Assembly: GCA_965204745.1 (NCBI GenBank)
Contig: OZ242010.1
Span: 3,264,001-3,328,000, forward strand
Direction: 5' to 3'
Source: Candidatus Latescibacterota bacterium
Lineage (GTDB): Bacteria > Latescibacterota > UBA2968
DNA: 64,000 nt
Part shown: positions 22,477 to 32,781 of the stretch, in pieces
How the letters are laid out: the number at the start of each line of letters is the position of its first letter
Numbering within the stretch: the first letter of the stretch is position 1
Made by a program: the position numbers and the translations under genes
The notes under the pieces: generated by a model
What the model was told of the DNA's origin: nothing
What the model saw: only the letters and a program-made list of their open reading frames with translations
Database searches by the model: none

Positions 22477-22668
22477 AAGCCTGTTCCCTGACCGCCACAG
22501 ATGAAGATGGCGACGAGAACACCCCGAGTTTCTTCCTCACCATCAGCGCGAACGTGGCACCGTCCTTTGGCGATGCGAGTGTGGAATACGCGGAAGCAAG
22601 AGATCGCGCCCCTAACGTTGCCGCAAGCAACCGGTGGCACTGACCCGCTGACCTACGCGCTGACCCCC

Positions 22669-22810
22669 GAGTTGACATTTTGTTTTTTGGCGATGCAACA
22701 AAACAAAGAAAATCGAGTTAGCGACTATAGCCGAGAGCCTATCCTGCGATAGGGCTTGATTTTCCCGATAACCACCTCAACCAAGGTACGTTGCTTGTAA
22801 ATGTCAACTC
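22669..22810. mobile_element. MITE-like element of ~142 bp
   Basis: Perfect 12-bp terminal inverted repeat GAGTTGACATTT / AAATGTCAACTC with an AT-rich non-coding interior; a similar end at ~14786-14803. Confidence 0.55.
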
Positions 22811-23051
22811 AACCTAACTACTGAGCACTGCATCTTGTATCATTGGGCGAGCACGGCGCATCGCTCCTACACATACTGATCGCCTTTGAACTGGCTATCG
22901 CCAGTTGTATCCCGCTCGTGGCTCACTTCAGGTTGGGTGGTCGAGTGGGGACTGACTACTGACCACTGGCAACTGACTACTGCTTCTTGTATCTCACCTC
23001 TCGCCTCTCGCCTCTCGCGCCTTTCACCTCACCTCATCCAAAGGAGCCCCC

Positions 23052-23969
23052 ATGCCCGAACTCGAAACGCGACGCTTGGGTCGCACCGAACTCAAACCCA
23101 AAGCACTCGGCCTCGGCTGTGCTTTTCTCGGCAGTCCGCAGCGCGTCTCTGACGACACGGGCATCGCCACTGTGCGCGAGGCCATTGACCGGGGGATCAA
23201 TTTTATCGACACGTCTGCCGCGTATGGCGGGGGCGAGAGCGAACGTCGCGTGGGCCTCGCGCTTCGAGATGGATACCGGGAAAGAGTCTATCTCCAGACC
23301 AAAGCGGGCACGCATCCTGACCTACGCCACGACTATTCGGCAAAAGCCATTCGCTGGACAGTCGAGAACAGCTTGCGACAACTCAAGACCGGCTATATCG
23401 ACTCGGTTCTCATCCACGACCCGCAAGACATGGACGAGACATGCGCGCCGGGATACGCTTTGGACGAACTTTTGAAAATGAGGGACGAGGGCCTGATTGG
23501 ATACACGGGCATCGGCTGTCGGTCACACGAGTTTCACCGTCGCATCATCGAGACCGGGCATTGCGATATCGTCATCACCTTTCTCGACTACACACTGCTC
23601 AGTCAGACCGCGGCCGAGACGACCATCCCGCTCGCCCTTGAACGCGATGTGGGCCTCATCCTCGCCAGCGTGCAGGGCATGGGCACGCTCGCCGGGCCAA
23701 AGCCCGATCCCGAATTGACAGACCGCCGGTATCCCGGACGAGCAGACCGCGCCTGCGCCATGTGGACATGGTGCAATGACCGCGGCATCAGCATTCGCCG
23801 CCTGGCCCTGCAATTTTGCCTGGCCGCGCCCCTCGATGGCAATGGCATGCTCTTGGTAGGGCCTGCATCCCCCCGCGAACTCGACGAAGTCCTCACCGAC
23901 GCCACCGCCGATATAGACCGCGACCTCTGGCAGGCATTTGAACGAGCGTTTGGCATCGGCATCACCTAA
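23052..23969 (+). CDS. Aldo/keto reductase
   Basis: RRLGRT, GINFIDTSAAYGGGESE, QTKAG, SLRQLKTGYID..LIHD. Confidence 0.93.
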   Translation: MPELETRRLGRTELKPKALGLGCAFLGSPQRVSDDTGIATVREAIDRGINFIDTSAAYGGGESERRVGLALRDGYRERVYLQTKAGTHPDLRHDYSAKAIRWTVENSLRQLKTGYIDSVLIHDPQDMDETCAPGYALDELLKMRDEGLIGYTGIGCRSHEFHRRIIETGHCDIVITFLDYTLLSQTAAETTIPLALERDVGLILASVQGMGTLAGPKPDPELTDRRYPGRADRACAMWTWCNDRGISIRRLALQFCLAAPLDGNGMLLVGPASPRELDEVLTDATADIDRDLWQAFERAFGIGIT

Positions 23970-23985
23970 AACAAAGGAGCAGGGC

Positions 23986-24732
23986 ATGAAAAAAATACTC
24001 GTCACGGGGATGAGCGGGTTGATCGGGGGCGTGGTTCGCAGGCAACTCGAGGGCAAGTACGCGCTTCGCGCCCTCAATCGGCGTGCTGTTGCGGGGGTGG
24101 AATGCCATCGCGCGGATATTTCGGATTATGAGGCGATTCGCCCGGCATTTGAGGGCATCGACACGGTGGTTCATCTGGCCGCGGCGATCAGAAGCGATTT
24201 TGAGGGCTTTGTCGCGCACAACATCGCGGGGACGCATCATGTTTTTGAAGCCGCTCTGCGCGCCGGGGTCAAGCGCGTGATCTTTGCCAGCAGCGGATCC
24301 GTCACGGCCGGGTGGGAAAATGACCCGCCCTACGACGCGATTGTGCAAGGCCGATACGCGGACGTGCCCGACACATGGGAGAACTTATCCCACAAAACGC
24401 CCACGCGCCCACGCGGCATTTACGGCTGCACTAAGGTGTGGGGCGAAGCCCTTGCGCGGCACTATGCCGACAGCACCCCGCTCTCTGCGATTTGCCTTCG
24501 CATTGGCAGGGTCAATGCCGAAGATCGACCCCAAGAAGCGCGCGGTTATTCCGTGTGGTGTAGCCAAAACACCATCGCACGCCTGATCGAGTCGTGCATC
24601 GAGGCCCCTGACGATCTCAAATTCGACATTTTTTACGCGGTCTCGAACAACGAGTACAGCTATCGGGACATGGCGCACGCACGCGCTGTGCTCGGTTTTG
24701 AACCCGAAGGCCATGCGGAGGATTATCGGTGA
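23986..24732 (+). CDS. NAD-dependent epimerase/dehydratase (uronate dehydrogenase-like)
   Basis: ILVTGMSGLIG, VVHLAA, FASS, YGCTK. Confidence 0.9.
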   Translation: MKKILVTGMSGLIGGVVRRQLEGKYALRALNRRAVAGVECHRADISDYEAIRPAFEGIDTVVHLAAAIRSDFEGFVAHNIAGTHHVFEAALRAGVKRVIFASSGSVTAGWENDPPYDAIVQGRYADVPDTWENLSHKTPTRPRGIYGCTKVWGEALARHYADSTPLSAICLRIGRVNAEDRPQEARGYSVWCSQNTIARLIESCIEAPDDLKFDIFYAVSNNEYSYRDMAHARAVLGFEPEGHAEDYR

Positions 24733-25433
24733 GGTACACCACGGTTTTTTTTGACGGCTATGGCACGTTGTTCGACAAGACATTTGACGCCCTGTACGAG
24801 ACCTGCCAGATCATCGTTGACGATCTCCAACTCCACGCGACCAAAGAGGCGTTTCTCCATCACTGGGACCGCTACTTTTTCCCCCGGTTGCACGCAGACG
24901 ATTTCGTGCCCTTTTGGGACGCGCACGTTCTCAGCCTGCAAGAGGTGTTCGCGGACCTCCGCGTTCAAGCCCGCGCTGAAAATTACGTCTCCGACCTGTT
25001 TGACGCCTTTGGGCGCGTGCCCGCATTTTGCGATGTCAACCCCACTTTGGCCGCGCTTTCCCATGTGCAAACCGGCGTTATCTCCAACGCGGATCACGGA
25101 CACCTCACAGCGGCATTGCACGCCAACAACTTGCACTTCGAGATCGTGGTGAGTTCGGAATCCGCACGCTGCTACAAACCCCATCCCGAGATTTTCGCAA
25201 CCGCACTCGCCACACGCGCCACGGACCCGGCGCAAACCCTGTACGTCGGGGATTCGCAAGACGACGACATCATCGGCGCGAAACGCGCAGGCATCCCCAT
25301 CGCCTGGCTCAACCGCACGGGCACAACCCGCAACGCCCATATTCCGGTGCCGGACTACGAGATCGACAGCCTGTCTGAATTGGTCGATATTGTGGAGGGA
25401 AAGCAACCACGGGCCTGTCCCTGCGTGATGTAA
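24729..25433 (+). CDS. HAD-family hydrolase
   Basis: FDGYGTL, ISNAD, YKPHPEIF, YVGDS..DDI.GA. Confidence 0.9.
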   Translation: MRYTTVFFDGYGTLFDKTFDALYETCQIIVDDLQLHATKEAFLHHWDRYFFPRLHADDFVPFWDAHVLSLQEVFADLRVQARAENYVSDLFDAFGRVPAFCDVNPTLAALSHVQTGVISNADHGHLTAALHANNLHFEIVVSSESARCYKPHPEIFATALATRATDPAQTLYVGDSQDDDIIGAKRAGIPIAWLNRTGTTRNAHIPVPDYEIDSLSELVDIVEGKQPRACPCVM

Positions 25434-25533
25434 TACCAAATTGAATTGTCCTAATGTGATGCGGTACGCGGGGCATTCTCAATTCCTAATTTCTCGATGA
25501 GAGGCAGGATACGGACAACCAAAAATCGAATTG

Positions 25534-25575
25534 AAAAAAAAGAAGCCCCAACGATACAAAATCGTCGGGGCTTCT
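25534..25575 (-). terminator. Rho-independent terminator of the pdh operon, possibly bidirectional
   Basis: Stem AGAAGCCCC.ACGAT / ATCGT.GGGGCTTCT followed by a T-run on the minus strand. Confidence 0.8.
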
Positions 25576-25708
25576 CACTTGGGAATGGGCGGACTGACCA
25601 CTGACTACTGACTACTTGGGCGGTGGCGGGGTTGCCTCACCTCTCCCCTCTTGCGTCTCACCGAAGGGGTTGAGCGGGGTGGAAACTGACCACTGACCAC
25701 TTCGCTCT

Positions 25709-27121
25709 TTACTTTTTCGGCATGTACACGTCGGTCGCGGAGCCGAGGTGGATTTCAGCGGCGAGGGCGATGGATTCGGACAGCGAGGGGTGGGGGTGAA
25801 TCGCGTGGGCGATGTCTTCGGCGACAGCGGCCATTTCGATGGCGAGCACGCCTTCGGCGATGAGGTCGCCCGCGTGGGGGCCAACGATGCCCACGCCGAG
25901 CACGCGCTGGGTATAGGGATCGATGACCAACTTGGTCTGGCCTTCCACGCGCCCAATGGCATGGGCTTTGCCAGAGGCCGCCCAAGGGAAACGCGCAACA
26001 TCGACTTTGCGATTCTGAGCACGCGCCTCCATCTCGGTCAGGCCCGCCCAGGCAATTTCGGGATCCGTGTACACCACAGACGGAATAATGGCGTCAAACG
26101 CCGCGGGTTCGCCGGCCAAAACCTCGGCGGCAATTTTGCCTTCGTGCGCGGCTTTGTGGGCAAGACCGGGGCCTGGCACCGCGTCGCCAATGGCAAACAG
26201 GCGCGGGTCGCGGGTCCGCATCTGCGAATCCACCGGGATGAACCCGCGCTCATCCGGTTCGACATCCGTGGTTTCAAGGCCGATAGTGTCGGTGTTGGGC
26301 CGCCGGCCAATGCACAGGAGAACCCGGTCGTACGTTTCAGAAGCCATCGGCGCGCTGCCCTCGTAGTGGACTTCGAGGCCGGCATTGACTTCCTCGATCT
26401 GCGTCACGCGCGTTTGCGTGTAGATGCCGCGAAAGGACTGGCGCAGTCGGCTTTCCAGGGGTTTGACCAAATCCGGATCCGTGCCGGGCAAGAGCGCGTC
26501 CGTCATTTCGACCACTGTGACGTCGCTGCCCAATGCCGCATGCACACTGCCGAGTTCCAGGCCGATGATGCCGCCGCCGACGACCAGCAGGCTTTTGGGA
26601 ATGTCGGCGAGATCGAGCGCGGTTGTCGAGTCCAAAATGCGCGGCGTGTCCAGTGCAAATGTGGGCAGGACAATGGGCCGCGACCCCGTGGCGATGATGG
26701 CATGCTCAAATTCTACGCGGTCGATAGCCGCATGGCCTTCGACAGCCGCGCTTTGCGAACTCTCAAATCGCGCCCGCCCGGTGAGATGCGTGACCTCGCG
26801 TTGGCGCACCAAGCCGGACAAGCCGCCCGAGAGGCGGGTGATGATCCCGTTCTTCCAGCGGCGCAACGCCTCCAAATCGACTTTGGGATCGCCAAACGAG
26901 ACCCCATAAGTTTTGGCTTCCCGCGCCTCGGCGATGAGTTCGGCAACGTGGAGCAAGGCTTTGGACGGGATGCACCCGCGCAACAAACAGGTGCCACCTA
27001 AGTGGTCGTCAGCGTCGACCAAGGTCACGGTCAGGCCCAAGTCCGCAGCGCGAAAGGCCGCGGTGTACCCGCCGGGGCCACCGCCGATAACGAGGAGTTG
27101 GGTCGTGTGCGTTTCGGCCAT
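25709..27121 (-). CDS. lpdA: Dihydrolipoyl dehydrogenase (E3)
   Basis: GGGPGGY, GGTCLLRGCIPSK, HPHPSLSE. Confidence 0.96.
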   Translation of the reverse strand: MAETHTTQLLVIGGGPGGYTAAFRAADLGLTVTLVDADDHLGGTCLLRGCIPSKALLHVAELIAEAREAKTYGVSFGDPKVDLEALRRWKNGIITRLSGGLSGLVRQREVTHLTGRARFESSQSAAVEGHAAIDRVEFEHAIIATGSRPIVLPTFALDTPRILDSTTALDLADIPKSLLVVGGGIIGLELGSVHAALGSDVTVVEMTDALLPGTDPDLVKPLESRLRQSFRGIYTQTRVTQIEEVNAGLEVHYEGSAPMASETYDRVLLCIGRRPNTDTIGLETTDVEPDERGFIPVDSQMRTRDPRLFAIGDAVPGPGLAHKAAHEGKIAAEVLAGEPAAFDAIIPSVVYTDPEIAWAGLTEMEARAQNRKVDVARFPWAASGKAHAIGRVEGQTKLVIDPYTQRVLGVGIVGPHAGDLIAEGVLAIEMAAVAEDIAHAIHPHPSLSESIALAAEIHLGSATDVYMPKK

Positions 27122-27136
27122 CTTCTCTCCAAACCA

Positions 27137-28402
27137 TTACGATCCGCCGAGCAACATGAGTTCCGGCTTTTCGAGTGCATCGACAATTTTTCGCATAAAC
27201 CGCGCACCATCCGCGCCGTCAATCGCGCGGTGGTCATAAGACAGGGCCAAGGGCATGATCAGGCGGGGGACGACGCGCCCATTGCGTACAGCCGCTTCTT
27301 CTCTCGCGCGCCCGAATCCCAAAATCGCCACTTCGGGATGGTTGACGATGGGGGTAAATTCACCCACGCCCAAGCTGCCCAAGTTGGTCACCGTGAACGT
27401 GCCGCCGTGCAATTCGTCGAGACCGATTTTGTTGTTGCGCGCCCGCTGGCTGATGTCCCCGAGTTCGAGGGCCACTTCCAAGATGTCTTTGCGATCCACA
27501 TCCTTGATGACCGGAACGAGCAACCCGCGCTCTGTATCGACCGCGATGCCGAGGTTGTAATAGCGTTTGAGAATCAACTCATTGGCCGCAGGGTCGAGGC
27601 TGGCGTTGAATTGTGGAAAGGTCTTGAGCGCGGCGATGATGGGTTTTAAGGCGAGGACAGTCGGCGTCAGTTTGGCCCCCAGCGCTTCGGCGTCTGCTTT
27701 GTTGCGTTGCCGAAACGCCTCGAGGTCCGTGACATCGGCGCGATCAAATTGCGTGACGTGGGCCACTTCTCGCCACGCCCGGCTCATGTTCTGCGCGATG
27801 ATCTGCCGAACCTTGCTGAGGGGTTGGCGTTCAATGGCCCCCCATTTCGAGAAATCGGGCAAGGGCGCGACCGGAGCAACGCCCCCCACTTGCCGGTTGC
27901 GAACCGCGGCTTTGACGTCGTCTTGCGAGATGCGGCCCCCCGGCCCTGACCCGGCGACCTGCGCGAGGTCAACCCCGAGTTCTCGCGCGAGCCTGCGCGT
28001 GATCGGCGCCGCGGGAACGGGGTCGCCATTGGATGGGGCGACAGTGGGCGCGGGGCTGACCGAAGGGGAAACGGCCGCGCTACCGGCGTCTGAACGGCGG
28101 ACGGGTTCTGCCACGGGCGCGGGTTGACGATCTGCTTTCGGCGCCGGATCGCCCTCGGCTTTCTCTCCTTCTTCCACCGAGATCAAGACCTGCCCCACGG
28201 GCACGTGGTCCCCCTCGCTGACGTGTACTTCCGTCACAATGCCCGCCACGCTACAAGGCACTTCGACAAGGGCCTTGTCGGTCTCGAGTTCGACCACGCC
28301 TTGGTCGATGCCAACCGCGTCGCCCTCGGCAACGAGCACGCCGACAACATCGCCGGCCTCCACGCCTTCGCCGAGATCGGGGAGCTTAAATTCAGTTGCC
28401 AC
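27137..28402 (-). CDS. aceF: Dihydrolipoamide acetyltransferase (E2), single lipoyl domain
   Basis: ETDKA lipoyl site, E3-binding domain, SYDHRAIDGA. Confidence 0.93.
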   Translation of the reverse strand: MATEFKLPDLGEGVEAGDVVGVLVAEGDAVGIDQGVVELETDKALVEVPCSVAGIVTEVHVSEGDHVPVGQVLISVEEGEKAEGDPAPKADRQPAPVAEPVRRSDAGSAAVSPSVSPAPTVAPSNGDPVPAAPITRRLARELGVDLAQVAGSGPGGRISQDDVKAAVRNRQVGGVAPVAPLPDFSKWGAIERQPLSKVRQIIAQNMSRAWREVAHVTQFDRADVTDLEAFRQRNKADAEALGAKLTPTVLALKPIIAALKTFPQFNASLDPAANELILKRYYNLGIAVDTERGLLVPVIKDVDRKDILEVALELGDISQRARNNKIGLDELHGGTFTVTNLGSLGVGEFTPIVNHPEVAILGFGRAREEAAVRNGRVVPRLIMPLALSYDHRAIDGADGARFMRKIVDALEKPELMLLGGS

Positions 28403-28474
28403 AACACGTCCTTTCTGTGAATTTCAGTTGATGAAATGATACATTTATTACGCAGTCTTCAAAGTCTATAACAC

Positions 28475-28705
28475 TCAGGCAGGCACCATCCTTCGGGCGT
28501 GGGTGATGTCCTCATCGGGTACGGGCCGGGCTTGCGATGGCAAGACGTCTGCAACGGCGGCTGTATCGCCGCCCAGGGTTAGAAATTCGACGACAAAGGC
28601 GTCGCCGCCTGGATAAACATGTACAATTGTGCCTGCGTCGCCGGCTTTCAATCCTTCCTCGGCGATATCGGTTGTGAGTACGATGCAGTCGAGTTCCACA
28701 AACAT
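28475..28705 (-). CDS. DUF4926-family small protein
   Basis: MFVELDCIVLTTDI.EEGL.AGD.GTIVHVY..G.AFVVEF; AGGAG RBS. Confidence 0.8.
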   Translation of the reverse strand: MFVELDCIVLTTDIAEEGLKAGDAGTIVHVYPGGDAFVVEFLTLGGDTAAVADVLPSQARPVPDEDITHARRMVPA

Positions 28706-28790
28706 GTCATCTCCTGATCGGATATGCGGTAACAAATCTGGGAATGACGCTACCGATCTAATTTCTCGAATCCCATTCACGCCCCAAAAG

Positions 28791-31496
28791 CTAATAATAC
28801 GTCGTGACCGGGCCTGCGGATACGGGATCGATTTTCTCTGGATCGATGCCGAGTTCGTCGATGGCTGTGGCGACTTGTTCGCGTTTGATTTTGCCTTGTT
28901 GGGCCAAAGCGTAGAGCGCGGCGACGGCAATGCTTTCGGCATCGACTTCAAAATGCCGGCGCAGGGCTTGGCGCGTATCGCTGCGGCCAAACCCGTCTGT
29001 GCCGAGGGCGATCAGGTCTTCGGGCACCCAGGGGCGGATCATTTCCGGGAGGGACTTCATGTAATCGGACGCGGCGACAATCGGACCATCGGCCTTTTCG
29101 AGCACCTTGGCGAGGTACGGTTTTTTGCGCCGCCGGGTGGGATGGAGCATATTCCACCGCTCGGCCTCGAGGGCGTCGCGCCGCAATTCCTTGTAGGACG
29201 TCACGCTCCACACATCCGCGGAAATATTGTATTCCGCCGCGAGAATTTCCTGGGCGCGCAGGGTCTCGCGGAGGATGGACGCGCTGCCGAAGAGTTGCAC
29301 CTTGTGCTGGCCCTGTTGCATCTCGTGCGCCTCGAGCCGGTAAATGCCCTTGATAATGCCTTCCTCAACGCCTTCGGGCATGGGCGGGTGGTCGTAGTTC
29401 TCATTGCCCAGCGTCAGGTAGTAATACACGTCTTGTTGCTCGTGGTACATGCGCCGGATCCCGTCTTGGATGATGATGGCGATTTCGTACGCGTAGGCGG
29501 GATCGTACGCAATGCAGTTGGGAACGGACGACGCCAAGATGTGGCTGTGCCCGTCCTCGTGCTGCAGCCCCTCCCCGTTGAGCGTGGTGCGCCCGGCCGT
29601 GCCGCCCAAGAGAAAGCCCTTGCAGCGGATGTCGCCCGCCAACCACATGAGATCCCCTACGCGCTGGAACCCGAACATGGAATAGTAAATGTAAAACGGA
29701 ATGGTGTTCACGCCGTGCGTGGCATAAGCCGTACCCGCGCAGATGAACGAGGACATGGCGCCGGCTTCGTTGATGCCCTCTTCGATGAGTTGACCGTCTT
29801 TTGCCTCGCGGTAATAGCTGATGTTGCCCGCGTCGACCGGTTCGTAGATTTGCCCCATGTGCGAGTAGATGCCCAGTTGCCGAAACAGCGAGTCCATGCC
29901 AAACGTGCGCGCCTCGTCCGGAATAATGGGCACGAGCAACTCGCCGATGTCCTCGTCCCGTGCGAGTTTGGCAAACAGGCGCGCAAAGGCCATCGTCGTC
30001 GAAGCCTGGCGGTCGCCCGTGCCTTTGAGGGCTTCGTCAAACACGTCCGGCGAGGGCATTTGAATGGGCGTGGCCCGAACCAGGCGGTTGGGCAAGTACC
30101 CGCCGAGTTCGCGCCTGCGTTGTTGCAAATACTGCATTTCAGGGCTGTCGTCGGGCGGACGATAAAACGGTGCCTCGCCCACTTCGTTGTCCGAGATGGG
30201 AATGTCAAACCGCCGCTTAAATTCGCGCATCTCGTCTTCTTCCAGCTTTTTTTGCTGATGCGTCATGTTGCGCCCCTCGCCGGCCTCGCCCAAGCCATAG
30301 CCCTTGATGGTTTTGGCTAAAATAACCGTGGGCGCGCCCTCGTGCTCGACCGCGGCTTTGAACGCGGCGTACACCTTTTCCGGATCGTGCCCCCCGCGCC
30401 GCAGTTTTTGGAGTTGTTCATCCGAGAGGTGGTCGACCATCTCGAGCAGGTCCGGATGCGTGCCAAAAAAGTCGCGGCGGATGTACTCTCCGGATTCGAC
30501 CGTGTACTTCTGGTACTGACCATCGACCACTTCTTCCATGCGCTGCTGGAGCAGGCCCTGCGCGTCCCGTTCGAGAAGCGCGTCCCAATCGTCTCCCCAA
30601 ATCACCTTGATGACATTCCACCCGTCGCCGCGAAACACCTGCTCGAGTTCTTGGATGATCTTGCCATTGCCGCGCACCGGGCCGTCCAGGCGTTGCAAGT
30701 TGCAGTTGATCACGAAGATGAGGTTGTCGAGTTGTTCGCGGGTCGCCAAACTGATCGCGCCCAGGGTTTCGGGTTCGTCGGTTTCGCCATCGCCCACAAA
30801 AACCCAGACCTTGGAATCCCGCGTGGATTTGAGGCCGCGGTCTTCGAGGTACCGATTAAAACGCGCTTGGTAAATGCCCATCAGCGGCCCCAAGCCCATC
30901 GACACCGTGGGGAATTGCCAAAAGTCCGGCATCAGATACGGGTGTGGATAGGAAGACAAGCCCCCCGGATTGCGGAGTTCGCGCCGAAAATTTTCCAGAT
31001 GTTCCGTGGTCAACCTGCCTTCGAGAAACGCGCGCGCGTACATGCCGGGCGAGGCGTGGCCCTGAAAAAAGACCTGATCCCCCGAGCTCTCGCCATCGGG
31101 TGCTTTGAAGAAGTGGTTCTGCCCCACTTCGTACAAAGTGGCAGCCGATGCAAAGGTGGAGATGTGACCGCCAATGCCATCGGCTTCTTTGTTCGCGCGC
31201 GTCACCATGGCCATCGCGTTCCAGCGCACGAGGCTCTTGATGCGGCGTTCGATTTCCCTATCGCCCGGATAGGGCAGTTGCTTATCGCGCGAGATGGTGT
31301 TGATATAAGGCGTGTTCGCGGTAAAGGGAATGTCAATGCCCAGGCTTTCCCGCGCCTCTTTTTCCAAGCGGTCGAGCAAATACCGCACGCGCTCAGGCCC
31401 CGCGCTTTGCCGCACATAAGCCAGTGATTCGATCCATTCCTCGGTCTCAATCGGATCGATGTCGGCAGAGGCATTGCGTACAACGGAATCGGCCAT
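28791..31496 (-). CDS. aceE: Pyruvate dehydrogenase E1, homodimeric type
   Basis: DIDPIETEEW, GGHISTFAS, GDGETDEPE, DEARTFGM, GEGLQH. Confidence 0.97.
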   Translation of the reverse strand: MADSVVRNASADIDPIETEEWIESLAYVRQSAGPERVRYLLDRLEKEARESLGIDIPFTANTPYINTISRDKQLPYPGDREIERRIKSLVRWNAMAMVTRANKEADGIGGHISTFASAATLYEVGQNHFFKAPDGESSGDQVFFQGHASPGMYARAFLEGRLTTEHLENFRRELRNPGGLSSYPHPYLMPDFWQFPTVSMGLGPLMGIYQARFNRYLEDRGLKSTRDSKVWVFVGDGETDEPETLGAISLATREQLDNLIFVINCNLQRLDGPVRGNGKIIQELEQVFRGDGWNVIKVIWGDDWDALLERDAQGLLQQRMEEVVDGQYQKYTVESGEYIRRDFFGTHPDLLEMVDHLSDEQLQKLRRGGHDPEKVYAAFKAAVEHEGAPTVILAKTIKGYGLGEAGEGRNMTHQQKKLEEDEMREFKRRFDIPISDNEVGEAPFYRPPDDSPEMQYLQQRRRELGGYLPNRLVRATPIQMPSPDVFDEALKGTGDRQASTTMAFARLFAKLARDEDIGELLVPIIPDEARTFGMDSLFRQLGIYSHMGQIYEPVDAGNISYYREAKDGQLIEEGINEAGAMSSFICAGTAYATHGVNTIPFYIYYSMFGFQRVGDLMWLAGDIRCKGFLLGGTAGRTTLNGEGLQHEDGHSHILASSVPNCIAYDPAYAYEIAIIIQDGIRRMYHEQQDVYYYLTLGNENYDHPPMPEGVEEGIIKGIYRLEAHEMQQGQHKVQLFGSASILRETLRAQEILAAEYNISADVWSVTSYKELRRDALEAERWNMLHPTRRRKKPYLAKVLEKADGPIVAASDYMKSLPEMIRPWVPEDLIALGTDGFGRSDTRQALRRHFEVDAESIAVAALYALAQQGKIKREQVATAIDELGIDPEKIDPVSAGPVTTYY

Positions 31497-31661
31497 CGTA
31501 AAACCCCTTTGTCAGTGGTCAGTTTCCGCCCCGCTCAACCCCCTTCGGTGAGAGGTAAGAGGTAAGAGGCGAGACGGGAGAGGTAAGCGGTAAGAGGCGA
31601 GACGGGAGAAGGCCACCGCCTAAGTCGTCAGTTCCTACACTGCCCCAACCGCTGTTGCGAT

Positions 31662-31902
31662 TTAGAATTTACGGGGGATATTGATTTTTGTCAAATGTAC
31701 GGGGCAACCTGGGGCAGGTTTTGCTCTCTCGCACATCACCAACTTCCTCGGGCGTTTGGGTGGCAAAGAAATCACCTTTTTGTCGCTCAATCTCTGTTTT
31801 GCCTGCAAATCTCGGCAAATCGCATCGAGATCGTAATCAAACCTTTTGGCATACGCATCACGCGCCTTGCGAACTTCCTCAACGATTTGGGTCCCGTTTC
31901 AT
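31662..31902 (-). pseudogene. Frameshifted small antitoxin-like gene (MKRDP-IVEEVRKARDAYAKRFDYDLDAICRDLQ...)
   Basis: An extra A in GACCCAAATCGTT; removing it yields the DPIVEEVR..R...A..F.YDLDAI pattern seen next to PIN toxins. Confidence 0.6.
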
Positions 31903-32314
31903 AAGTTTCTTCCTCCATGAGTTCAAGAGGTGTGCAAAGAATGGGAGTTTGGTAACCGGCAGATTCGCAAAACTTTGCCTTCTCATACAACGTCTTTCCC
32001 GAACTTTCGATTTCGCAACAAAAAGAAGTGCCGTGCCGCCGAAGGAGTTCGTACTCTGCTTTGGTGTAGATGAGCAGATCGATGGGAACGCGCCTATTGA
32101 TTTCACGGAGCCTGTCCCGCACCATAAGCCGCCGCCGCATCCTTTCCCGATAGGTTTGTGAGATCGCCTCAGAGTCGAGGATGACCAGCAGATCTATATC
32201 GCTGTCCGCGTTCTCTGTCCCCGATGCCTGGGATCCGAAAAGCACGATCCGATAGGGTTCAAGAGTCAAAAGACGCGAAACGATATCGCATAAGTCGTCG
32301 GTTTGGGTCTTCAT
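31787..32314 (-). CDS. Minimal nucleotidyltransferase (MNT antitoxin) fused to a PIN-toxin 3' remnant
   Basis: LFGS.A.G....DSDIDLLV motif; natural end near GKTLYEK, then CESAGYQTPILCTPLELME. Confidence 0.75.
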   Translation of the reverse strand: MKTQTDDLCDIVSRLLTLEPYRIVLFGSQASGTENADSDIDLLVILDSEAISQTYRERMRRRLMVRDRLREINRRVPIDLLIYTKAEYELLRRHGTSFCCEIESSGKTLYEKAKFCESAGYQTPILCTPLELMEEETYETGPKSLRKFARRVMRMPKGLITISMRFAEICRQNRD

Positions 32315-32391
32315 TTTTTGTCCGTTTATGTTATCGTCCCACCATCCCCTTCGGCGATCAGATGCATGAGAAAGGCGATGCTCGACAGGTG

Positions 32392-32781
32392 TTACTCCTC
32401 CGGCTCTTTCTTCCCTCTGTGACACATCTGGCAGGTGACTTGGGTAAATTGACCGTCTTTGAAGTCCTTGAGGATCTCGCCATTGATCTTCTGCGTCATG
32501 GTGATCATGAGGCGGGCGATGTCTTTGTGGTAGTTTTCGTCGGATGCAAAGTCATAGGTGGATAGGGGTTTGTCTTCTTCCCCGACATGGCAAAAGTGAC
32601 ACTTCACCCCAAGCGCGCGGCTAAATTCCTTCATGTGTTGCATGAGTTGCGCCTTTTTGATGTCTTTGGGCAGCACTTTCAAATTGGTATAGGTATCGGG
32701 AATTTGCGCGAAAGACGCCGTGCCGATAGCGATGAGGGTACCGAGTGCGAGAACGAGTGCGACGAGAAGTGAGTATTTCAT
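32392..32781 (-). CDS. Secreted di-heme c-type cytochrome
   Basis: Signal peptide; NLKVLP; CHFCH and CQMCH heme motifs. Confidence 0.88.
   Translation of the reverse strand: MKYSLLVALVLALGTLIAIGTASFAQIPDTYTNLKVLPKDIKKAQLMQHMKEFSRALGVKCHFCHVGEEDKPLSTYDFASDENYHKDIARLMITMTQKINGEILKDFKDGQFTQVTCQMCHRGKKEPEE

Noticed and set aside
25748-31427. Long plus-strand ORFs (417, 563 and 361 aa)
   Set aside because: Antisense shadows of lpdA and aceE, expected in GC-rich coding DNA.
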